A stretch of 64,000 nucleotides of DNA, taken from the NCBI GenBank assembly GCA_041690295.1, contig JAWLHR010000002.1, forward strand, positions 32,001 through 96,000, in the 5' to 3' direction. Numbering within the stretch: position 1 is the first letter of the stretch; every line of letters begins with the position of its first letter. The translations under genes and the position numbers were made by a program. The notes beneath the pieces were generated by a model, which searched no databases, was not told the origin of the DNA, and was given only the letters and a program-made list of their open reading frames with translations. Of the stretch, positions 1 through 8,256 are shown one piece after another. Origin of the DNA: Bdellovibrionales bacterium. Lineage in GTDB: Bacteria; Bdellovibrionota; Bdellovibrionia; Bdellovibrionales; UBA1609.

Positions 1-461
1 GTGATTTCGATGGTCTTGGGGTTAACGACCTGAATGCCTTTAATCGTTTTTGCGCTCCCTCGCGTAAATTCATCCGCTCCTAGAATCACCGACAGTTCTG
101 TTTTAACGACGGAGTCGCCGCGCAAAAGACTTTCAATGCTGGCGAGAAAGTCCTCGGGTTTGAAGTCCGTACCGTCGGAATACTTTAAGTTGTCCCGAAT
201 TGTGAATACGTACTTGCGCTTATCGCGGGAGAGAGTCCAGTTGGTGGCGATTCCATTTTCGAGCTTGTTATCATCGCCGATAATCAAAAGGCCCAAGAGG
301 CATTGGCGCATGACCTGCACGGAGTATTCGTCTTCCAATACATGGGGCGAGAAGTTGATAGGTTTATGCGCGAGGATTTTACGAAAGACCTTCTTGGTTT
401 TTGGTTCCGCAACCACCAGGTTCGGAATAATTAGAATGAAAAATAAAATTACAGTTTTCAC
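1..461 (-). CDS. ABC transporter substrate-binding protein, family 5 (OppA/DppA-like); 5' part only, runs off window
   Basis: Not in ORF track. Manual translation from GTG at 461 (AAGGA upstream): MKTVILFFILIIPNLVVAE signal peptide, then GIATNWTLSRDKRKYVFTIRDNLKYSDGTDFKPEDFLASIE, matching the SBP family 5 signature (A..W..S.D...Y.F.LR....FSDG....A.D). Open to position 1. Confidence 0.85.
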   Translation of the reverse strand, partial: MKTVILFFILIIPNLVVAEPKTKKVFRKILAHKPINFSPHVLEDEYSVQVMRQCLLGLLIIGDDNKLENGIATNWTLSRDKRKYVFTIRDNLKYSDGTDFKPEDFLASIESLLRGDSVVKTELSVILGADEFTRGSAKTIKGIQVVNPKTIEI

Positions 462-472
462 GCCACAATTCC

Positions 473-1180
473 TTAACTTTTTCGAAGCTCAAAAAACCAA
501 TGAACCGAATCCGGGTGAATCGGTCTTAGATCAAAGTCACCGTACGACTGGGATACCGAAAATCCGGCTTCTTCGAATTCGCTCATCAGAGAAGAGAATG
601 GAATGATCGCCGTGGGGTAGCTGTATGTTTCGCGGCGGTTTCCGACTTCCATCGTAAAATCAAAAGTTCTAATGTTGGTGTTAAAATCTTCAGACCAGCG
701 AATATGAAAGGCGAGGGATTGATTTCCATCCAGAGGGATCAAGCTACGGCGTTCATATTCACGGCTTGGTGAATCGGTGCGAACATGGACGAACAAACGT
801 CCGTTTTTACGTAGATAGCAGTGAGCATTTTTTAGCGTTCGTATGCGTTCTTCGCGATCAAGTAGTAATGCGTAAGTGTTAGCCGCGATTGTGACCACAC
901 CCGCTTGATCAATTAAATCTTCATACCGATCTTGAAATCGGCCTTTGATAAATGAAATATTCGTCCGGTCCCGCAAACGCGTCTGACCCATCTCGATCAT
1001 CTCGGCGCTCTCATCGATTCCGATAGCTGGCAGTCCCAAGCGATCGGCGAATTCCAGCACTCGTCCACTGGCGCAACCAAAGTCGACTAAGGGACCGCCT
1101 GATTCGCGGAGAAGACCCTCTATGATCCGGTCATCCGGGTAGGAGAAAGCGCAATGGTAATAACGCGAGAGCAGGTCGAT
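473..1180 (-). CDS. Class I SAM-dependent methyltransferase
   Basis: Track ORF starts at GTG 1060, but the frame is open upstream to TAG at 1192-1190 and contains SAM motif I (PLVDFGCASGRV). Downstream are IGIDESAEMI (motif II) and a C-terminal YGDF typical of this family. AGGAGG sits 5 nt before ATC 1180. Start is inferred. Confidence 0.8.
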   Translation of the reverse strand: MDLLSRYYHCAFSYPDDRIIEGLLRESGGPLVDFGCASGRVLEFADRLGLPAIGIDESAEMIEMGQTRLRDRTNISFIKGRFQDRYEDLIDQAGVVTIAANTYALLLDREERIRTLKNAHCYLRKNGRLFVHVRTDSPSREYERRSLIPLDGNQSLAFHIRWSEDFNTNIRTFDFTMEVGNRRETYSYPTAIIPFSSLMSEFEEAGFSVSQSYGDFDLRPIHPDSVHWFFELRKS

Positions 1181-1276
1181 GGGGCCCTCCTAATCTAAGG
1201 AGATCAGATTAGATTCGCCGCGTTATAATATAGATTGGAGAGGAGGAAAATGTGAATTTTTTCAAAATATAGGGAT

Positions 1277-1306
1277 TTGACGGGGAGGCGGTTAATGGAT
1301 TATACG
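1277..1306 (+). promoter_or_regulatory. Putative sigma70-type promoter (TTGACG-N18-TATACG) for the small peptide / radical SAM operon
   Basis: TTGACG at 1277-1282 and TATACG at 1301-1306; ATG follows at 1316. Confidence 0.45.
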
Positions 1307-1315
1307 CTAGGGGTC

Positions 1316-1423
1316 ATGAAGTCGACGGACAAGTCTAAAAAATCCAGCAAGTTCATTAAGAAGAGCCAAAGGAAGAGCCATTTGGTTGCTCCTAAAACCG
1401 TGGAATTACGCGGTTTTTGCTAA
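1316..1423 (+). CDS. Small peptide, candidate RiPP precursor (35 aa; 42 aa if ATG 1295 is used)
   Basis: MKSTDKSKKSSKFIKKSQRKSHLVAPKTVELRGFC*. The in-frame upstream ATG 1295 (MDYTLGV) has GGAGG in front of it. Stop is 31 nt before the radical SAM start. Confidence 0.65.
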   Translation: MKSTDKSKKSSKFIKKSQRKSHLVAPKTVELRGFC

Positions 1424-1454
1424 GGCCTGCTTGTTTGATGGAGAATAGGGGTCG

Positions 1455-3206
1455 ATGCGGTTTGCTTTGGTATCAATGCCTCTATTCTCGTGCCATAAAC
1501 CGAGTCTTCAGCTAGCCCGCATTCAAGGCCAGGTGCGAAAGCTCGGGCATGAGGCTCAATGCTTTTACCTCAACGTTCATTTTGCAGTTGAAGTCGGGCC
1601 AGGGCTTTACAACGCCATCTATGAAAACAGTGACATTTTGCTTGGGCATTGGCTGTTTTCTCGGGCGGTTCCCGAGGTCAACACCAGTCCAGAATCCGCT
1701 CGTGAGTATCTGAAAGAATTTTCCTCACGTTTCAAAGGTCTGGAGGAGCGTCTTTTTGAACTTCATGATCAGGTAGCCCCAAACTTTATTCAAAGATGGG
1801 CACGCCAAGAAAATTGGGGTGAATTTGATTTCATCGGGTTCACTTGCACGTTCTCACAGCTTGTCCCTGCTCTGGCGCTCGCCCATGCTATCAAGAAGAT
1901 ACATCCTCATGTGAAAATCGTTCTTGGTGGGGCCGAAGTTCAATCCCACATGGGCGAAGAAGTCTTGCGACAGTGTTCTTATGTCGACTATGTGGTCGAT
2001 GGAGAAGGTGAAAACGCCGTTGCGCAATTAATCGAAACACCTTCCCGTGGCGTGATTAAGAGTGAGGAACCGGTCCATTTGGACGATCTTGATTTTCCGG
2101 ACTATGGGGAGTTTTTCGATTTAGTTGAGGGATTGAACGACGAAACCATTTTGGGAAACTCCTACGCTATTCCAATCGAAGGATCCCGCGGTTGTTGGTG
2201 GGGCCAAAAACATCATTGCACGTTTTGCGGATTGAATGGCGAGGATCTCAAGTTTCGTCGCCGTTCCGCGGATTCGATTTATAATGAGATCGTCACCCAG
2301 TCTCGCGCCTACGAACGATACGAATTCGAATTCGTCGACAATATCCTCGATTATAAGTTGCACGAAACTCTTTTGCCGAAGTTGGCGGCCAACAGGGGAA
2401 GCCTTAAATTTTTCGCGGAAACGAAATCCAATTTGAAACTTGAAGATGTATTGCAGTTTAAGAACGCGGGATTTTTTGCGATTCAGCCGGGAATCGAGTC
2501 GCTCAGTACAAAAACGCTTCGAATTATGAAAAAAGGAGTTACGGCCTCACAGAACTTGGATTTGCTGAAGTGGGGTACGCAGCATGGAGTTCGCATCATC
2601 TGGAACCTGTTATATGGATTCCCGGGCGAAGCGGACCAAGATTACCGCAATTTATCAGAGATTCTTAAGAAGATCGTCCATCTACAACCGCCTCAAGCCG
2701 CGGGTCGAATTCGGATCGACCGCTTTAGCCCTTACTTCAATGGTATCAAAGATCGACGATCGTCTGATTTCGATGAGTTGGGCCCGGCGAAGGCGTACAG
2801 CTTGATCTATCCTTCCCATTGGAACCTCTGGGATTTGGCTTACTTCTTTGAGGGCCGCGCCAAGAATAACGTTCAAACAGAGACTTACAATGAGATCTCA
2901 GAGATCGTGAATCGATGGGTATCAAGTTGGACAGCCTCATCAAAACCTTCCTTGGTTTTTAAAAGGGCGATCGGACATGGTCACGTCATTGACCAGCGCT
3001 CGGACCAATCGGATGTTTTTCAGCTGGACGGTCCGGCGTTTCAGATCGCCGTTTGCTTGAGTGAAAGCAGCAAGACTATCGAAACGATTTCTCGCCAAAC
3101 CGGAATTTACCAGGAAACCGTTGAAGAAATCATCGGCGATCTGTCGGATTTGGGTTTTTGTGTCGAACTCGATGAAAAAATAACTTTTCTTCCATTGCTC
3201 GATTAA
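1455..3206 (+). CDS. B12-dependent radical SAM methyltransferase, RiPP-maturation type (TIGR03975/PoyC-like)
   Basis: N-terminal LVSMP..PSLQL, cobalamin-binding domain (FIGFTCTFSQ...IVLGGAEV), EGSRGCWWGQKHHCTFCG (Cx7Cx2C), QPGIESLS, WNLLYGFPGE, RIDRFSPY; C-terminal winged-helix-like segment. Confidence 0.88.
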   Translation: MRFALVSMPLFSCHKPSLQLARIQGQVRKLGHEAQCFYLNVHFAVEVGPGLYNAIYENSDILLGHWLFSRAVPEVNTSPESAREYLKEFSSRFKGLEERLFELHDQVAPNFIQRWARQENWGEFDFIGFTCTFSQLVPALALAHAIKKIHPHVKIVLGGAEVQSHMGEEVLRQCSYVDYVVDGEGENAVAQLIETPSRGVIKSEEPVHLDDLDFPDYGEFFDLVEGLNDETILGNSYAIPIEGSRGCWWGQKHHCTFCGLNGEDLKFRRRSADSIYNEIVTQSRAYERYEFEFVDNILDYKLHETLLPKLAANRGSLKFFAETKSNLKLEDVLQFKNAGFFAIQPGIESLSTKTLRIMKKGVTASQNLDLLKWGTQHGVRIIWNLLYGFPGEADQDYRNLSEILKKIVHLQPPQAAGRIRIDRFSPYFNGIKDRRSSDFDELGPAKAYSLIYPSHWNLWDLAYFFEGRAKNNVQTETYNEISEIVNRWVSSWTASSKPSLVFKRAIGHGHVIDQRSDQSDVFQLDGPAFQIAVCLSESSKTIETISRQTGIYQETVEEIIGDLSDLGFCVELDEKITFLPLLD

Positions 3207-3272
3207 TTCATCGGTTTCGTTTCGCTCCCATGGTTGCTATACTCTGATTTTGGTTTCGAAAGGGGGGCGGGC

Positions 3273-4682
3273 ATGAAATTAATTTTATCTTTGCTTTTCA
3301 TTTTTGGAACCGCGAACGCGAACAAGCAGAAGGCGGATCTGGCCGCGCGATTCGAAAAGGTGATGAAGGCCCATCCGATCTCGAAAAAAGATCTCGGCCT
3401 TGCGGTTTATTCGTTGGATGTGGGGCATAACGGACAAGGCCAAGGGCTCATCTACGGTCTCAACGAAGAGCGCGATATGATTCCGGCTTCACTGACCAAG
3501 ATCGTGACCGCCTTTGCGGTTTTGCAAAACTTGGGACCCAGCGCGAAACTTCAAACCACGTTGTGGGCCGAAAACGAGCCGGTGAACGGTGTTTTGAAAG
3601 GTGATCTGGTTTTGAAAGGCGGCGGCGATTCAGGTTTCGTGTCCGAGACCATGTGGTTTCTAGTGAATGAATTTCTTCGTACGGGCGTTAAACGCATTGA
3701 AGGCAATATCGTCGTGGATGATTCGGAGTTCGACGGAATACGCACCGATAAGAGCCGGGATCCGGTCCGCGTGGACCGCGCCTATGACGCTCCCGTCGGC
3801 GCCATGTCTTTTAATTGGAATTCCATCAGTATTTTTGTTCGTCCGTCCCAGGCGGGATCTCCACCGACGGTGATTCTGGATCCGATCGACAATGGTTATA
3901 AGGTCAAAAACAAAGCTAAAACAGTGGCTGGAAGCGCCAGTAACATTCAGGTGGCTCGCCGTGGACAGAACATTACCGTCACGGGAACAATCGGTGAGTC
4001 CGCCACTGAGGCCGTGTCTTATAAAAACATCGACGATCCAGTGGAGTGGTCCGGAAGAAATCTGGTGTTTTTCCTCGGTCAGAGAGGCGTAAAGGTCACG
4101 GGGAAGGTCGTCTCGGGCAAGCGTAAGATGAGCATGAAGATGCTCGCCAAGGCGGATTCCAAGCCCATTAGCTTGGCGGTTCTCGACATGATGAAGTTCT
4201 CCAACAATTACGTCGCTGAAATGTTGGCCAAAACGCTTTCAGTCCATAGCGGAAAAATTCCCGGCACCTTGGAAGACGGAATGCGTGTCATTCGTGAATC
4301 CATCGTCAAAATCGGAATTCCGGAAAACCGATTCACCTTGATTAATCCTTCGGGATTAAACCGGCGCAATCAAATGAAGCCGGTGGATCTCGCCAAAGTG
4401 TTGGTGGAAGGTTTCAATCATTTTCCGACATTTTCAGAATTCGTGACTTCGTTTCCGCTGTCGGGCTTGGATGGAACGTTGAAGAGCCGCATGAAAGAAC
4501 AAGAAGGATGGATTCGCGCCAAAACCGGACTGCTGTCCGGTGTCGTGGGACTCGCGGGATACGCTGGACGCAAGGATGGTTCACATCGTGCTTTCGTCTT
4601 CATTTTCAACGGAAAAGCGAATGACGGCTATTCGGCGAGGCGCCTGTTTGACGATTTGGCCATGGAACTGGTCCAATTGTGA
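3273..4682 (+). CDS. dacB: D-alanyl-D-alanine carboxypeptidase/endopeptidase (PBP4, peptidase S13)
   Basis: Signal peptide MKLILSLLFIFGTANA; PASLTK (SxxK), LKGGGD, SNN and AKTG motifs. Confidence 0.92.
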   Translation: MKLILSLLFIFGTANANKQKADLAARFEKVMKAHPISKKDLGLAVYSLDVGHNGQGQGLIYGLNEERDMIPASLTKIVTAFAVLQNLGPSAKLQTTLWAENEPVNGVLKGDLVLKGGGDSGFVSETMWFLVNEFLRTGVKRIEGNIVVDDSEFDGIRTDKSRDPVRVDRAYDAPVGAMSFNWNSISIFVRPSQAGSPPTVILDPIDNGYKVKNKAKTVAGSASNIQVARRGQNITVTGTIGESATEAVSYKNIDDPVEWSGRNLVFFLGQRGVKVTGKVVSGKRKMSMKMLAKADSKPISLAVLDMMKFSNNYVAEMLAKTLSVHSGKIPGTLEDGMRVIRESIVKIGIPENRFTLINPSGLNRRNQMKPVDLAKVLVEGFNHFPTFSEFVTSFPLSGLDGTLKSRMKEQEGWIRAKTGLLSGVVGLAGYAGRKDGSHRAFVFIFNGKANDGYSARRLFDDLAMELVQL

Positions 4683-4684
4683 TA

Positions 4685-6022
4685 ATGGCCAAATCCTTCG
4701 TGTACGCCTTAGTCGCAATTGTGAGCCTCGCGGCCCTGGCGTCTCCGTCAGTTCCTCAGCTCTTCGTTTATTACGACAACGCCACGGCTCCCGCGCCTGA
4801 AATGGACGAAGAGGTCACGGAAACGCCCGAAGAGGTGATGCCTCCCGAAGCGGAGGCGCCGGAGTTCGCGCCGCTCAATCCGAAATGGACGCCACCGAAT
4901 TACGCCAATCAGGAAAAAGCGCTGGGTTGGACGCCGGAAACATTTTCCATCCCGAAGGGAATGGAAGAGCGCGTTCAGTTTTGGATGGATATTTACACCA
5001 AGTACAATTCCAATCAGGGACTGCTTCACGACAGCCGGTACGTTCACTTGGTTTACGAACGGGTTGATTTCGAAGATATCGACGCCAACACTTCGTTGAC
5101 CGGACGGCAACGGGAACGCGCGCGAAAAAAACGCGTTGATGCCCGAAAAAAAGATATCGCCAATCGCTTAAAACGGCTGCAAACGCTCTCATCAAAGGAC
5201 GGGCTGACCGGCGAGGATCTACGTTATTGGGAAATGTTTGAAAGCGTCGACGAACCGAGAAAATTCGCCGAGGCGGCCAAACGCGGTCGGTTACGGTTTC
5301 AACTGGGCCAGCGTGATATTTTCATGCGAGGAATCTACCAGTCGGGCCGATACTTGCGCCAAATGGAAGAGATTTTTCGCGAGGAAGGCCTGCCCATCGA
5401 ACTAACTCGCATGCCGTTCGTCGAAAGCTCCTTCAACCTTCGGGCGCGATCAAAGGTCGGCGCGAGCGGAATCTGGCAGTTCATGCGCTCCACCGCGCGT
5501 ATGTACATGCGTATGGATCGCTCCGCCGATGAACGAAACGATCCGTTGCGGGCGACACGGGCCGCGGCTAAGAAATTGCGCGAGAACTTCACGATGCTTC
5601 AATCCTGGCCGCTCGCGGTCACGGCCTACAATCATGGACCTTATGGGGTGAAGCGCCTGACGGAAAAAGCGGGAACCACGGATATTGTTGAGTTGGTGGA
5701 TGTGCGAAAGGGCCGGTTTGGATTCGCCTCGGCCAGTTTCTACGCTTCTTTTCTCGCGGCCTTGAAGGTGGAAGCCGAAGCGGAAAAGCACTTCGGACCG
5801 CTTGAGATCCTGCCCGAACTGCGAGGAGCGGAAATCAAGCTCACCCGGAACTTGGGCGTTAAAGAAATTCTGAAGTTTTTCGGTGGCGATGAAGCGTTGG
5901 CTCGCATGATGAATCCGCATATCAATGAAGTTGTGTGGAAAAATCGAAGCCCGCTCACGCGCCGACATGTCCTGCGCGTACCGATCAAAGAGGAAGCTCA
6001 AGCGCGAAGCGCGCTGGAGTAA
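4685..6022 (+). CDS. Lytic murein transglycosylase (SLT domain, MltD-like), secreted
   Basis: Signal peptide; VESSF catalytic Glu, GASGIWQFM, DER.DP, AVTAYNHG motifs; degenerate LysM-like C-terminus. Confidence 0.88.
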   Translation: MAKSFVYALVAIVSLAALASPSVPQLFVYYDNATAPAPEMDEEVTETPEEVMPPEAEAPEFAPLNPKWTPPNYANQEKALGWTPETFSIPKGMEERVQFWMDIYTKYNSNQGLLHDSRYVHLVYERVDFEDIDANTSLTGRQRERARKKRVDARKKDIANRLKRLQTLSSKDGLTGEDLRYWEMFESVDEPRKFAEAAKRGRLRFQLGQRDIFMRGIYQSGRYLRQMEEIFREEGLPIELTRMPFVESSFNLRARSKVGASGIWQFMRSTARMYMRMDRSADERNDPLRATRAAAKKLRENFTMLQSWPLAVTAYNHGPYGVKRLTEKAGTTDIVELVDVRKGRFGFASASFYASFLAALKVEAEAEKHFGPLEILPELRGAEIKLTRNLGVKEILKFFGGDEALARMMNPHINEVVWKNRSPLTRRHVLRVPIKEEAQARSALE

Positions 6023-6025
6023 CAC

Positions 6026-6556
6026 CTAGTTAATATTACTCACTTGGGCGATATAGGGAAGATTGCGATAGTAGCCCTGGTAATCCAGGCCGTAGCCGAC
6101 CACGAAATCACTGGGGATCTTGAATCCCACCAAATCGACTTCACAGGGTTCTTTCAATGAATCGGGTTTCAATAGCAAAGCCGCGGTCATCAAAGTCCGC
6201 GGTTTGTGGTTGGCGAAATGGCGCTTGAGGAAGTTCATGGTCAATCCGGTGTCGACGATGTCTTCGACGATCACCACGTCGCGGTTGTGAATGGAGCGGC
6301 TTATATCCAAAGTGAGCCGAATTTCGCCCGAGGAGGACATGCCGTCGTTATACGAAGAGACCGCGCAGAAGTCGCATGTCAGATCCGTATCGATGGCGCG
6401 AATCAGGTCGGCGTAAAACATGAAGGAGCCTTTTAAGACGCCCACCATGACTAAATCTTTGTTACGGAATTTGTCGGTGATATCCGCGCCCATCTTTTTG
6501 ACGCGCTCCTGGATTTCTTCCTCGGAGATCAAGGGGGATAACCGCATGCTTTCCAT
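6026..6556 (-). CDS. hpt: Hypoxanthine phosphoribosyltransferase
   Basis: VGVLKGSFMF, VVIVEDIVDTGLT (PRPP motif), FVVGYGLDY, YRNLPYI. Confidence 0.95.
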   Translation of the reverse strand: MESMRLSPLISEEEIQERVKKMGADITDKFRNKDLVMVGVLKGSFMFYADLIRAIDTDLTCDFCAVSSYNDGMSSSGEIRLTLDISRSIHNRDVVIVEDIVDTGLTMNFLKRHFANHKPRTLMTAALLLKPDSLKEPCEVDLVGFKIPSDFVVGYGLDYQGYYRNLPYIAQVSNIN

Positions 6557-6565
6557 TCCGCACTC

Positions 6566-7189
6566 CTATGAATCCGTCAAAGTTAATTGATCGGGGTGTT
6601 CTGTCAAGAGGCGAACGCTTAAATCCGGGTCAAAATGCGATCGGCAGCGGGCCTCGTAGGCCTCAGTGCTTCCCACGACGATGTCTTCTTCGGATGCGAT
6701 TAAACGTTGGGTTCGCGTGGCCGGTGCGCCACAGATGCGGCAAATGGCGTGTTGTTTATCGACGATTTCCGCGATGGCCATCAAATGCGGCATGGGGCCA
6801 AAAGGGCGTCCGCGCCAGTCCGTGTCGAGCCCCGCTATGATCACTCGCCGACCTTGCTCCGCCAAGATCGAAGCCACGGTTGGAAGTTCGTCGCCGAGAA
6901 ATTGCCCTTCATCGATTCCCACGACCTGCGTCGCCGGCTCCACCAGCGTCAGGATCTCTTCCACGTCGATAATCGGTTGGGCGCTGAGCCGAGTTTGATC
7001 ATGGGACGCTATATCGTTCACCGCATAGCGGGCGTCGATGCGAGGTTTGAAGCATTGGACCGGCAACCGGGCGATTTTGGCCCGGCGAAGACGGCGGATC
7101 AATTCCTCGGTCTTACCGCTGAACATGCAGCCGGCGATGACTTCGATCCAGCCGGAATCAGGTTGTGGGCGGGTGAATGCGGGTTTCAT
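6566..7189 (-). CDS. tdk: Thymidine kinase
   Basis: GCMFSGKTEEL P-loop, IDEGQF, AGLDTDWRGRPF, CxxC, YEARCR. Confidence 0.95.
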   Translation of the reverse strand: MKPAFTRPQPDSGWIEVIAGCMFSGKTEELIRRLRRAKIARLPVQCFKPRIDARYAVNDIASHDQTRLSAQPIIDVEEILTLVEPATQVVGIDEGQFLGDELPTVASILAEQGRRVIIAGLDTDWRGRPFGPMPHLMAIAEIVDKQHAICRICGAPATRTQRLIASEEDIVVGSTEAYEARCRSHFDPDLSVRLLTEHPDQLTLTDS

Positions 7190-7324
7190 AGATGCTCCTC
7201 GTGTTGCAAATGATGGGGCGGCCGGTTGTAACCGCGAAACACATGAAAACGGTATTCGCTAAACCCCAGTTGAGGGAAGCAAAAAAGCTATGATAGATAT
7301 TTCCTCGAAATTGGAGGTTTGGTT

Positions 7325-7969
7325 ATGGCTCGAAAAGCAAAAGCGTCGAAATCCCGTAAGACAAAAAAGAAGACCGCCAAGAAAGCCACCACGAAAAAAG
7401 CCGCAGTGAAAAAAGCGACCGCGAAGAAAGCGAAAGCGCGCGCAAAAGTTAAAAAAGCGGCGAAGGCCAAAAAGCCCGCCGTGAAAATGGTGGATAGCAA
7501 ACCTCAGGTGACCGTGGGGCAGGCCATCCCGGATGTGGTCCTGCCGGCGACGGGTGGACGAACGATCGCGTTGAGCGAGCTTCGCGGTAAAAACGTCGTG
7601 CTCTATTTTTATCCCAAGGATTCCACTCCGGGCTGCACGATCGAAGGTCATGACTTCACCCGTTTGCATGACGAGTTCAAATCCGCGAATACGGAAGTGT
7701 TCGGGATCTCGCGCGACTCGATTCGGTCCCATGAAAATTTCAAGGCCAAGCAAAATTATTCAGTGGATTTATTGAGCGATGAGGACGAAAAAGCGTCGCA
7801 ACTTTTCGGCGTCATCAAAATGAAGAACATGTATGGCAAAAAAGTTCGCGGCATCGAGCGTTCCACGTTCGTGATCGACCGCGACGGCCGTCTGGTCAAA
7901 GAATGGCGCAAAGTCAGCGTTCCCGGCCACGCCGAAGAAGTTCTGAATTTCGTAAAGACATTGTCTTAG
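7325..7969 (+). CDS. bcp: BCP/PrxQ peroxiredoxin with N-terminal Lys/Ala-rich (histone H1-like) extension
   Basis: GGAGG then ATG 7325; VLYFYPKDSTPGCTIE, GISRD, IERSTFVID; ~54-aa K/A-rich N-terminus. Confidence 0.9.
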   Translation: MARKAKASKSRKTKKKTAKKATTKKAAVKKATAKKAKARAKVKKAAKAKKPAVKMVDSKPQVTVGQAIPDVVLPATGGRTIALSELRGKNVVLYFYPKDSTPGCTIEGHDFTRLHDEFKSANTEVFGISRDSIRSHENFKAKQNYSVDLLSDEDEKASQLFGVIKMKNMYGKKVRGIERSTFVIDRDGRLVKEWRKVSVPGHAEEVLNFVKTLS

Positions 7970-7974
7970 TCCGC

Positions 7975-8133
7975 GGCCCGTACCGATTTGACGAAATGCG
8001 GGCCTGATCCTCGCACTCGCGCCCGATGTCCTCTCGTGATGAGGGGGCATCGGCAAGTGTACTCAAAGCTCGTGACTGTATTGGCTAACCGTGCCCGGGC
8101 ACGGTTGGGTTTGAAACCGAGCTTAACCGAGGG
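7975..8133. other. Highly structured intergenic element (candidate ncRNA or hairpin cluster)
   Basis: Stems GGCCCGTA/TGCGGGCC, CCGATGTCCTCTC/GAGGGGGCATCGG and AAGCTCG/CGAGCTT; perfect 20-bp palindrome AACCGTGCCCGGGCACGGTT (8087-8106); closing stem TCCTCG/CGAGGG. Confidence 0.45.
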
Positions 8134-8256
8134 AAAGAAGAGATTGCCAAAAAAATAGTGATTGGCTTGGCCGCTATAGGAACTGCCATTGCTACCACTA
8201 GCGTGATATCGCCCTTTCGCGTTTCTACGCCTTACTTCGGAGAGATCCCGCCTCGC

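Noticed and set aside
34..606. 190-aa plus-strand ORF
   Set aside because: Antisense shadow of the SBP and methyltransferase genes, which carry recognisable motifs on the minus strand.
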